The notes under the pieces were generated by a model. It did no database searches. It was not told where the DNA came from and saw only the letters and a program-made list of their open reading frames with translations. A program made the position numbers and the translations under genes. DNA of 56,438 bases from an uncultured Candidatus Saccharibacteria bacterium (GTDB lineage: Bacteria > Patescibacteriota > Minisyncoccia > Phycocordibacterales > PALSA-1337). Of the stretch, positions 38,815-46,721 are shown in pieces. Location of the stretch: NCBI GenBank assembly GCA_964645315.1, contig CAZYBH010000002.1, positions 1-56,438 of the forward strand, read 5' to 3'. How positions within the stretch are numbered: position 1 is the first letter of the stretch; the number at the start of each line of letters is the position of its first letter.

Positions 38815-39501
38815 TCAATTTGCTTGCGGATACACCACCTTAACTTCTTCGAATAAAACGATAAGGATTACAACCGCTCCCCAAATCCATGCAAAAGCCT
38901 TCAGAGTATCAGACATCGTTCCATTAATTATAGATAAATTGAATGCAGAGTGCAATGTTATAGCAACTGCAATTCCTATTAGCAGGGCAAAAAACTTGGA
39001 TACTATACCTCGATAATAAACATAGCCAAGAGCAAAGCCGATAGAGGCTGAGCTCACTACATGTACAAGTGTCGCGCCGATGAAACGCATATTGCCGGTA
39101 ACAATGCTTTGGATATAATCACCGCCAACAAGAGGCTGGAATAAGAAGAAGGCATTTTCTAGAGCTGCGAAACCCAGAGCAACTGTAATGCAATAGACCA
39201 TAGCGTCAATAGGTTCATCATTGTAGTCAGTATTAAGAGCAATAACGGCAACAGCGATAAACTTCGTAAGCTCCTCGACACCGGCCCAGAGTGTGTAGCG
39301 AAGGCTTTCGGATAGATTGAGATCACTTACGAACTTTTCGGCAAAAATAGATGCAATCACTGCTAGAAATCCTCCAAGGAATGTAATAACTATAAGCCAA
39401 CGCGGTTCTGGATGACTATCTTCTCTCAACCAAAACCATAACCATACCAACGAAGGAAGAACTCCGGCCAAGAGAGCATAAACAAATGTACTAAAGTGCA
39501 T
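38815..39501 (-). CDS. PrsW-family intramembrane metalloprotease
   Basis: 228 aa with about 7 TM segments, EExxK (GVEELTKFIAV) and a HxxxN-type motif (TLHSAFNL). Confidence 0.6.
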   Translation of the reverse strand: MHFSTFVYALLAGVLPSLVWLWFWLREDSHPEPRWLIVITFLGGFLAVIASIFAEKFVSDLNLSESLRYTLWAGVEELTKFIAVAVIALNTDYNDEPIDAMVYCITVALGFAALENAFFLFQPLVGGDYIQSIVTGNMRFIGATLVHVVSSASIGFALGYVYYRGIVSKFFALLIGIAVAITLHSAFNLSIINGTMSDTLKAFAWIWGAVVILIVLFEEVKVVYPQAN

Positions 39502-39539
39502 GTCTATATTATATAGGACTTCATTATTTACGAAAAATA

Positions 39540-40304
39540 GTGGATAATCAAATTATGGATAAAAATGTCATAATCCTCGACAAAAAACTGGGCGAGACTC
39601 CGCTTGAATGTCTAAATAGATATAGGGCAGAGACCGGAGAATCAAGACCAATGACCTATGCAGGTAGACTTGATCCCATGGCGAGCGGAGTGCTAGTGGT
39701 ACTTGCAGGAGATGAATGTAAGCACAAAGACAGATATGTTGCTTTGGACAAGGAATATGAATTTGAGATTTTATTGGGTTTTGATACTGATACTCATGAT
39801 ATTTTGGGTTTGCCCGAACCCCCTAGGGATGTGTCACATCCCGGGACAATAAATCCTGCAATTATTCAAGAGTTCATGGGAAAAAGGACTCAGACCTATC
39901 CGATATATTCATCCAAGACGGTAAATGGTAGACAATTACACGCTATTGCAAGAGAAGGGAAGATTGATGAAATCGATTTGCCTACAAAAGAAATCGAGAT
40001 ATTTAGCATTGATAATTTGGGTGAAATTGAGATCAATGGAAAAGACTTACTTGATGAAATATTGAGAAGAATAGACTTAGTAAATGGTGATTTTAGACAG
40101 ACAGAAATAAGACAAGCATGGATAAATTCATTAGGAGGTAAGGAGCAAGAGATTTTTACAATTTATAAATACAAAATGACCTGCTCATCAGGTACTTATG
40201 TTAGAGCTTTGATAAGAGACCTTGGAGCCAAGCTAGACCTGCCAATGTGTGCTTGGAGCATAAAGAGGACAAGGGTAGGCGATTTTACCCAATACAACTA
40301 TTGA
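39540..40304 (+). CDS. truB: tRNA pseudouridine synthase (TruB family)
   Basis: 254 aa with the catalytic Asp motif YAGRLDPMASGVLVVL and C-terminal SGTYVRALIRDLG. Start GTG 39540 or ATG 39555. Confidence 0.75.
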   Translation: MDNQIMDKNVIILDKKLGETPLECLNRYRAETGESRPMTYAGRLDPMASGVLVVLAGDECKHKDRYVALDKEYEFEILLGFDTDTHDILGLPEPPRDVSHPGTINPAIIQEFMGKRTQTYPIYSSKTVNGRQLHAIAREGKIDEIDLPTKEIEIFSIDNLGEIEINGKDLLDEILRRIDLVNGDFRQTEIRQAWINSLGGKEQEIFTIYKYKMTCSSGTYVRALIRDLGAKLDLPMCAWSIKRTRVGDFTQYNY

Positions 40305-40431
40305 CAAATAGCTCATAATCTGATAGGACTATGTTAGAACAGCAGGTACCGAATGCTATATTTGATATATCCATGGCCGGAATATTGAGTATGGTATAGG
40401 TACCAAAACAAGGAAAGGAAAGTCAGTGAAA

Positions 40432-41352
40432 ATGATTCAGTTCTGGTTCTTGATGGCTTTCGCCGTGATCGGCATCGGCCTCAACGCCTCGGCAGCTACG
40501 TCGCCGAAGGCGATGAAGTCGCTTCTCGACGGGGCACCGTCGATGGAGCCGGTGGCTCGTGTGGAAGTTAGCGCACAGGGAAAGACCCTGACCGCGGTTT
40601 CCACGAAGGATGTCGAGGTCGACATCCTGCCCATTCTGGCTCCGGCTCAATCGCCGGGCCAGTGGTCGAACCGTCTGGAGGTCCACGAAGCGGACTACCT
40701 CGCCGAATTCGGGGAGTGGATCCCCAAGGCCGAGGGAATTTCGTGGAAGTCACTTGCTGTTGGAGGAGACTGGAATGTCCTCCAGCAGATTGTCCACTGC
40801 AAGACAGTGGATGGCAATGACGGAATCAGTCTTTCGATGTTGACTCTTGAGTCGACGTCGGCCACGGGTGCCCTCACCGACACCTTCAGTATCGGCAGGC
40901 ATGGATACTCTACGGCTGCCATCGGCTTCAAGGCCGATGGGACCGTCGTGAAATCCGGTTCGCCGGATATCATGGTGTCACGGATTATCGTGGTGTTCCA
41001 GATGAGCCTCTTCTCTGGAGGGGCGACTCAATCAGGACTCGATGAGATTCGCAGGTGGGTCTTCGATTGTCGGCCTGGGAAGGTGCCGGAGTCGTGGATC
41101 ACCTATAAGCTCTCAATGACTGGTGCGAAGGTGATCGGCGGTGAGGCTGAAGTCAAGATCCTTCAGCCCTACCTTACCATCGTTCCCGGTTTCGTTACCT
41201 TCCAGGGGGACGAACCAGGATACGTCTGGAACATCTTGGAGGCCACAGCGATCACCGGTCCCTGGAAGCTCTTCGCTGTTGCCAAGAGTGGTAACAGGTT
41301 CCAGATTTCTGGGACGAGCCCCCGATTCTTCCGAGCCACAAGTGGGCCGTAG
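40432..41352 (+). CDS. secreted hypothetical protein encoded on a second GC-rich island
   Basis: Purine-rich SD (aaggaaaggaaag) and signal-like MIQFWFLMAFAVIGIGLNASA. GC is far above the flanks. The C-terminal module ...WNILEATAITGPWKLF...PRFFRA resembles the C-terminus of 6152-7246. An in-frame GTG at 40426 is an alternative start. Confidence 0.8.
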   Translation: MIQFWFLMAFAVIGIGLNASAATSPKAMKSLLDGAPSMEPVARVEVSAQGKTLTAVSTKDVEVDILPILAPAQSPGQWSNRLEVHEADYLAEFGEWIPKAEGISWKSLAVGGDWNVLQQIVHCKTVDGNDGISLSMLTLESTSATGALTDTFSIGRHGYSTAAIGFKADGTVVKSGSPDIMVSRIIVVFQMSLFSGGATQSGLDEIRRWVFDCRPGKVPESWITYKLSMTGAKVIGGEAEVKILQPYLTIVPGFVTFQGDEPGYVWNILEATAITGPWKLFAVAKSGNRFQISGTSPRFFRATSGP

Positions 41353-41435
41353 ACCTGGACTCAAGGTCACCAATCTGATTCTGGTGGCCTACACAACGCC
41401 TGTCTCCTATGGGGGATGGGCGTTTTTTGTTGCTG

Positions 41436-41454
41436 GCAGATGTCGGACATCTGC
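41436..41454. repeat. 19-bp palindrome family member (variant)
   Basis: GCAGATGTC-g-GACATCTGC is a perfect 9-bp inverted repeat at the right edge of the GC island. The next gene's TTGACA follows. Confidence 0.55.
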
Positions 41455-41552
41455 GAGCATCCCCCCTTGACAAATTGTCCATTTTAGTATAGGGTCTAGA
41501 AATGCTCGATGTATGTTTTAGGTTAGTTTAAGCAATAAATAAAACAAATAAT

Positions 41553-42455
41553 ATGAAAAATAACATTATAAAAATACTACTTTCACTGGTCATTTTGCCG
41601 GTTTTTGTTCATGCCGAACAAATTAACCCTACACCAGCCCCATCAGTAGCTCCACAACCACAGACTACTACAGCTCCAGCCGTAGCAGTTTCTACAGCAT
41701 CTGTTGGTCCAGAAACTACTCAATCTACTGGTTCAGTAACAAATTATCCATCATCAACAAATTCAACAGCATCTGTTGGTCCAGCATCAACAGTCTCAAC
41801 GGCTACTGTTGGTCAGGAATATCCTGTCACCCCTGTAACACCTCCATCAAATGGTGGTTCATCTGGAGGTAGTACTGGTGGTTCATCATCTGGATCATCT
41901 TCATCTGGTAGCTCTTCTTCAGGAGGTAGCTATACTGGAATATATGGTTGTCCTATGATAACTACATATATGAAATTTGGTGCAAATAACAACACCATTG
42001 AAGTTAAGAAACTTCAGAATTTCTTGAAGAATGTAGAGAAGCTTGATGTCGATGCAAATGGTATTTTCGATCGCAAGACCGAAAAAGCTGTTATCGCATT
42101 CCAAAACAAATATAGCTCAACAATCATGGGTCCTTGGAGCACAAATCAAGGTACAGGATATGTCTACATCACTACTCAAAAGCAGATAAACAAAATTGCA
42201 TGTAACTTGCCGCTAACATTGAATGCAAATGAATTGGCAATTATAAACAGTTCTAAGACAGCAAAATCTGCTACAAAGTCTGAAGTTATCATTACACCTA
42301 AAAATGAAGCTGAAGTTATCATGACTGAAGTAAAGGTCAATGAAACACAAGCAATCTCAACATCTACAGATAGCAACGAAGATCAAACAGCAAGTGTTTC
42401 CAAGCCTTCTATCATGAAGAGATTTGTAAACTTCATAATCTATTTGTTCAAATAA
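41553..42455 (+). CDS. secreted Ser/Gly-rich protein with peptidoglycan-binding (PG_binding_1-like) domain
   Basis: 300 aa with a signal peptide, repeated TASVGP(A/E)(S/T)T units, and a GGSSGGSTGGSSSGSSSSGSSSSGG linker. Then VKKLQNFLKNVEKLDVDANGIFDRKTEKAVIAFQNKY. Confidence 0.75.
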   Translation: MKNNIIKILLSLVILPVFVHAEQINPTPAPSVAPQPQTTTAPAVAVSTASVGPETTQSTGSVTNYPSSTNSTASVGPASTVSTATVGQEYPVTPVTPPSNGGSSGGSTGGSSSGSSSSGSSSSGGSYTGIYGCPMITTYMKFGANNNTIEVKKLQNFLKNVEKLDVDANGIFDRKTEKAVIAFQNKYSSTIMGPWSTNQGTGYVYITTQKQINKIACNLPLTLNANELAIINSSKTAKSATKSEVIITPKNEAEVIMTEVKVNETQAISTSTDSNEDQTASVSKPSIMKRFVNFIIYLFK

Positions 42456-42475
42456 TTTATCAATATTTGACAGAC

Positions 42476-42501
42476 AAAAAGCCGCTTCAAGCGGTTTTTT
42501 G
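42476..42501. terminator. bidirectional terminator between convergent genes
   Basis: AAAAA-GCCGCTTcaaGCGGt-TTTTTT. Confidence 0.6.
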
Positions 42502-42544
42502 TTATTATACTTAAGCATATTAACATGTAGAAGTGTCACTTCTG

Positions 42545-43759
42545 TTACACCGATTCTGCCAACGATTTTGTACCATCCGCTCTCAATTCTCTCTTATTGA
42601 CTTTAATCTTCAAAGCACCTGATATAGCAATCATCAAAGCATTGTCTCCAGATACATGTTTCGATGGTAGGTATATGCTCATCCCATATTTATGAGCCAG
42701 ATTTGTAAAACTTTGTCTCAAACGCTTATTTGCTATTACACCACCACCTATCAGAAGACTTTTGGCCTGTGTTTCTTCTATAGATTTTTTTATTTTTGAA
42801 ATTAAAACCTCATTGACTGCATTTTCGAATTCATTTGCAATAGCTCTTTTGAAATCAATCGAGATATCACCATTCTTCGATTTTTCATCTCTAACCGCAT
42901 ATAGCACAGCAGTTTTGAGACCGGAAAATGAAAAATCAAGATCACTTGTATTCAACATCGGTCTTGGCAAAGCGATACCTAGATCAAGCTTCATATCTAC
43001 CGCTTCATCTGCCAATCTGCTTACATGTGGACCGCCAGGGTAGGGCAAATCCAAAATTCTTGCCACTTTATCATACGCTTCACCTACAGCATCATCTCTT
43101 GTTTCGCCTATAATTTTATAATTAAATTCATGATTATTTCTATTCAATTCGACAATCTGGGTATGACCACCGCTAATAAGAAGAGCAAGACCTGGACCAT
43201 TGAAATCCTTCATACTTTGCCATTTATCTGATTCCTCATCGTGCAAAAGAGAACCGATGACATGACCTTCCATATGATTTACCGGCACGACCTCTATTTT
43301 CCATAATTCATTCAAAATCAGAGCGAAACTAATACCAACCCACAGAGCTGGTTCCAATCCTGGTCCTTCGGTCACAGCAATACGATCTATCTTAGGTATA
43401 TTTTTTAGAAATTCATTTTCGTTTAGAAATGTTTGTACTAGATCAGAATTTTTGGCGGAATACTTGACCTCTATATCTTTTATTTTTTTATCAAAAATAT
43501 CCTTAGGAATTTGCTCCATTTGACCATCGAAATATCCCTTAGTATCAGCTAGCAATTTCTTTAGTAATGGCAATAGAAACTTGGCATGCTCTCTTTTAGC
43601 CAAATTTGGGTAAACACCACCAAATTGATTGTGCAAATCGGCTTGAGAGTGGATATATGAGGCCAAAACTCTATATTCAAATTTACCTTCAAAATCCCTT
43701 GTCTCAATAAGGGCGAGAGCTGTCTCATCGCAACTTGTTTCTATACCAAGTGTTATCAT
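42545..43759 (-). CDS. tsaD: tRNA N6-adenosine threonylcarbamoyltransferase TsaD
   Basis: 404 aa with ITLGIETSCDETALALI, HMEGHV and GGGVIANKRLR. It carries a ~50-aa insertion relative to typical ~340-aa TsaD. Confidence 0.9.
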   Translation of the reverse strand: MITLGIETSCDETALALIETRDFEGKFEYRVLASYIHSQADLHNQFGGVYPNLAKREHAKFLLPLLKKLLADTKGYFDGQMEQIPKDIFDKKIKDIEVKYSAKNSDLVQTFLNENEFLKNIPKIDRIAVTEGPGLEPALWVGISFALILNELWKIEVVPVNHMEGHVIGSLLHDEESDKWQSMKDFNGPGLALLISGGHTQIVELNRNNHEFNYKIIGETRDDAVGEAYDKVARILDLPYPGGPHVSRLADEAVDMKLDLGIALPRPMLNTSDLDFSFSGLKTAVLYAVRDEKSKNGDISIDFKRAIANEFENAVNEVLISKIKKSIEETQAKSLLIGGGVIANKRLRQSFTNLAHKYGMSIYLPSKHVSGDNALMIAISGALKIKVNKRELRADGTKSLAESV

Positions 43760-43844
43760 GATTTAATATTGCCATATTTACTCAAATATTGAAATGCAGA
43801 GGAATGCAGAAGTCAGACATATGTCATTAAACATTTCTGCATAG

Positions 43845-43882
43845 GTGCCCGCACCGAGCGAGGAGCACGCGACGAGTCGAGG
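43845..43882. other. GC-rich tail abutting the tRNA-Val 3' end
   Basis: gtgcccgcaccgagcgaggagcacgcgacgagtcgag shares GC-rich words (gagtcg, ccgagc, gcgagg) with the tRNA-Ser element. It contains GGTGC-g-GGCACC-type pairing and a gtcgcgtgc segment resembling the tRNA 3' atcgcgcac. Confidence 0.35.
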
Positions 43883-43955
43883 TGCGCGATACAGGACTTG
43901 AACCTGTGACCCTCCCCACGTCAAGGGGATGCTCTACCAACTGAGCTAACCGCGC
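43883..43955 (-). tRNA. tRNA-Val (anticodon GAC)
   Basis: Acceptor GCGCGGT/ATCGCGC, anticodon arm TCCCC-ttGACgt-GGGGA, T arm ACAGG-TTCAAGT-CCTGT. Confidence 0.9.
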
Positions 43956-43985
43956 GTATATATCGAAACTCTACCAAAAAACAAA

Positions 43986-45083
43986 TTAAAAATCCATGCC
44001 CTCATAATTTACATCAATACCTCTTTTTGAGGCAAGAGAAGTCTCATAAATCCTAGCTTTTTCGATGGAGACATTGCCATTTTGAGAAATTAGATCAAAT
44101 TCGGCAACATTTCCCGTATCGACAGCCTTAGAAAAATGCTGATCGAATAATAAATTGCCGAGCGAATATATTACAGGGACACTACCCATCCAAACTCTCT
44201 CTTGGACTACATGCGGGTGTGAGCCAGCGATGATACCGGCCCCAGCACCAACCAAGGTCCTTGCTTGATTTATAACCGTAGCATTTGTCGAACTAGAATA
44301 TTCTTCACCCCAATGTGGCATAACAATAACAAAATAGTTGTCTTGCTTAAGTACTTTCACCGTATCTACAATCCTCTCGAATCCCTTACTAAATCCATGA
44401 TATCCGACAAAGGCCAACTTATAACCATCTTGATCTATCTTCAAAACACCACTCGTAGCATTGTATGGATCGCCAAACCATTTTAGTCCAGCTTTTTCTA
44501 TATTATTCCTTGTCTCTCGAATGCCAGAAAGACCGAAATTATCCATGTGATTATTTGCCAAACTCAAAACTGTAATACCAGCTTTTTTGAGGCTGGATGT
44601 CGACTTAGGATCAAATGTAAATTGCATAGCTTGACCGGTCTTATTTTTGCCGATCACGGTTTTGCTTTTATTGTTTGTTATCGGACCTTCTAGATTTGCT
44701 ACCACAATATCTGCACCAGCGAATAATGGGGTAATCGTAGCAAATAGCGAATCATAGCCATATTTCTCACCCAGAAGTCTCACTCCTCGATCGAGCATTA
44801 TGTCACCCGCTATCATTATTTTTATCTTTTTGGAATTTGTAACAACACTTTTTGGACTTTCTTGAGGCGTGCTTGATGAAATAAGGACACTAGTCTCGAT
44901 AGAATTGCTTGCTCCACTCTGATCGAAATCAGCTACTGCTGATAGGTTACGATGAGCAAGGTCAGAAGAGACAATCATTTTGTAGCCCGTAGTCCCAGAC
45001 CACAATGAGCCCCACACAAAAACCATTACCAAAAAGGCCTGTAAAAAATGTTTTGATGTAATTGGATCGTAATCGTCCTCCAT
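43986..45083 (-). CDS. CapA/PGA-biosynthesis-like metallophosphatase family protein
   Basis: 365 aa with an N-terminal TM anchor, IMIAGDIMLDRGV, VANLEGPIT, LSLANNHMDNFG and VMPHWGEEY. Confidence 0.75.
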   Translation of the reverse strand: MEDDYDPITSKHFLQAFLVMVFVWGSLWSGTTGYKMIVSSDLAHRNLSAVADFDQSGASNSIETSVLISSSTPQESPKSVVTNSKKIKIMIAGDIMLDRGVRLLGEKYGYDSLFATITPLFAGADIVVANLEGPITNNKSKTVIGKNKTGQAMQFTFDPKSTSSLKKAGITVLSLANNHMDNFGLSGIRETRNNIEKAGLKWFGDPYNATSGVLKIDQDGYKLAFVGYHGFSKGFERIVDTVKVLKQDNYFVIVMPHWGEEYSSSTNATVINQARTLVGAGAGIIAGSHPHVVQERVWMGSVPVIYSLGNLLFDQHFSKAVDTGNVAEFDLISQNGNVSIEKARIYETSLASKRGIDVNYEGMDF

Positions 45084-45239
45084 CGCTGGGGGTATTATAG
45101 CATAAGAGAGTTTTGCAATGTATGATTTTTCCTAATTATTTGCAAACAATAATGATTGGCTTTCTGAGATAAGCAAAACAGTTACCCTTGTAATATTTAC
45201 AAGTTATGATAATATATAGCTACAAACGGCTTAGGCCTC

Positions 45240-45261
45240 GAGACACCCGCAAGGGTGTCTC
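45240..45261. terminator. GC-rich hairpin downstream of the MazF-like gene
   Basis: GAGACACCC-gcaa-GGGTGTCTC is a 9-bp stem 8 nt beyond the stop. The U-tract is weak. Confidence 0.45.
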
Positions 45262-45268
45262 TGACATT

Positions 45269-45664
45269 TTACTCACCCTTACAGAGTTCGATGATTCTTT
45301 CTTCAAGTTCTTTATGAGTCATTACGTCAATAATGCCAATCTTTTGATATATCCTTTTAGCATCAATCAGTCTAAGTTGCGAAACTATAGCCATACGTTT
45401 GATTCCATCACCCAACTCTACAGGTATATAATATTTACCAGTTTTAGATCTAGTAGTAAGTGGTATTGCCCAAAAAACAATATTATTGAATTTTCTAAAA
45501 ACAATAACTGGCCTGCCAAATAATTCACCCTTACCGTCTTGCTCAAAACCAACATTGGAACCTAAATGAGTAAACCAGATTTCTCTTTCATGAAAAAAGA
45601 CGCGAGATTCCTTATTATCGATTTCAATTTTTTTATTGTGCCATGATTCAAAATCTTTCTTCAT
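45269..45664 (-). CDS. PemK/MazF-family toxin-like protein
   Basis: 131 aa with EREIWFTHLGSNVGFEQDGKGELFGRPVIVFRKF...AIPLTTRSK...AIVSQLRLIDAKRI. This matches the SH3-like MazF/PemK pattern as I remember it. No partner antitoxin ORF is visible. Confidence 0.55.
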   Translation of the reverse strand: MKKDFESWHNKKIEIDNKESRVFFHEREIWFTHLGSNVGFEQDGKGELFGRPVIVFRKFNNIVFWAIPLTTRSKTGKYYIPVELGDGIKRMAIVSQLRLIDAKRIYQKIGIIDVMTHKELEERIIELCKGE

Positions 45665-45671
45665 GAAACTG

Positions 45672-45680
45672 ATTCTACCA
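45672..45680 (-). promoter_or_regulatory. extended -10 element giving a leaderless MazF-like mRNA
   Basis: Minus strand TGgTAGAAT ends 7 nt before ATG 45664. There is no SD. Confidence 0.4.
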
Positions 45681-45823
45681 TGAATTACAAAAGGGAAGTC
45701 GCCCTCGACTCAAAGCTCGCTACCCGCTCGCTTTGGTCTGGGCACCGCCTCGTGGCAAAACCTTGCTAGGTTTTGCTCACTCCGGCGTTCGACTCTCTCC
45801 ACACGGAGATCACAATGCGATAC

Positions 45824-45856
45824 AAAATAATACCACCTAAGCGGTGGTATTATTTT
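45824..45856. terminator. AT-rich 13-bp hairpin (bidirectional terminator-like)
   Basis: AAAATAATACCAC-ctaagcg-GTGGTATTATTTT. Confidence 0.55.
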
Positions 45857-45862
45857 GATCGT

Positions 45863-45995
45863 GTGACCCTACGGGGAGTCGAAGCTTACAGCTTCGGTAC
45901 AGGCTTCGTATGGTACTCGCCGCTAATCGCGGCTCCGTTCCATATACTCAGCCTTTTCGACTCCCCTTCGGAAGCTAACGCTTCCTCAGGCTCAC
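45863..45995 (-). ncRNA. tRNA-Glu-linked GC-rich element closed by antisense and sense copies of the tRNA 3' end
   Basis: An exact 21-nt copy of the tRNA-Glu 3' end (gtgaccctacggggagtcgaa; 45863-45883 equals 46030-46050). The inverted copy is split into ttcgactcccc (45956-45966) and ggctcac (45989-45995) by a GGAAGC/GCTTCC hairpin. The interior has GCCGC/GCGGC and CGAAGC/GCTTCG stems. Confidence 0.6.
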
Positions 45996-46029
45996 AATAA
46001 AAATAGCCACTGCGTGGCATATTTTTATT
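45996..46029. terminator. long AT/GC hairpin between tRNA-Glu and the linked element
   Basis: AATAAAAATAGCCAC-tgc-GTGGCaTATTTTTATT. Confidence 0.55.
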
Positions 46030-46030
46030 G

Positions 46031-46102
46031 TGACCCTACGGGGAGTCGAACCCCGATTACAGCCTTGAAAAGGCCGTGTCCTAACCATTAGACGATAGGG
46101 CC
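46031..46102 (-). tRNA. tRNA-Glu (anticodon UUC)
   Basis: Acceptor GGCCCTA/TAGGGTC, anticodon arm CGGCC-ttTTCaa-GGCTG, T arm CGGGG-TTCGACT-CCCCG. Confidence 0.88.
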
Positions 46103-46221
46103 CTACTACGCTTTGCTCCGCATAGCTTCGTAGGGCAGGCCCTATGAATTACTGCGGAAATAAGGTATTAGTTCATAAATACTACTATCTTTTTGTCATT
46201 TTGGCAAAGTGATACAATAGT

Positions 46222-46638
46222 ATGATGAAAAGGCGAGATGTAGCAGTATTGATCTTATGTGATGGAGACAAAATCCTTCTTCAGAAGAGATCGAAAACCG
46301 CAAAACGATTTCCCCAAAAGTGGGGACTTTTTGGAGGTGGTATTGAAGAGGGAGAATGTCCTCTGGATGGTTTGAAAAGAGAGATTTTTGAGGAGCTCAA
46401 TCTAAAATTAGATACTGCCATAGATATATACGATTTGGATTACAAGCTAGATGAAAAAAACGAGGTTGGAACAATTTATACATTCATATCTAGGTATCAT
46501 AGTGAAAAATTGGAACTTAATGAGGGTGAGGAAATGAGATGGGTAGGATTTGATGAGGTCTTAAATTATGATCTATCAAATCAATATAGAAAAATATTGG
46601 AGTACATTAGTAAGAATAGACATGTTCTACCTTGTTAA
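46222..46638 (+). CDS. NUDIX hydrolase
   Basis: 138 aa with Nudix box GLFGGGIEEGECPLDGLKREIFEELNL. Confidence 0.85.
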   Translation: MMKRRDVAVLILCDGDKILLQKRSKTAKRFPQKWGLFGGGIEEGECPLDGLKREIFEELNLKLDTAIDIYDLDYKLDEKNEVGTIYTFISRYHSEKLELNEGEEMRWVGFDEVLNYDLSNQYRKILEYISKNRHVLPC

Positions 46639-46721
46639 TATTTATTCAACTCAAATTTATCCAGCAGATATAGAATAGTTAGTTATATACTTTTAATTTA
46701 TGTTAGAATTATAAATCATAA

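Noticed and set aside
40423-41482. Multiple 60-109-aa ORFs on both strands inside the second GC island
   Set aside because: Same reasoning as above. They are shadow ORFs of the 307-aa gene.
45773-46000. 75-aa plus-strand ORF across the tRNA-Glu-linked element
   Set aside because: It runs through hairpins and tRNA-derived repeats, has no start signals, and has junk-like composition.
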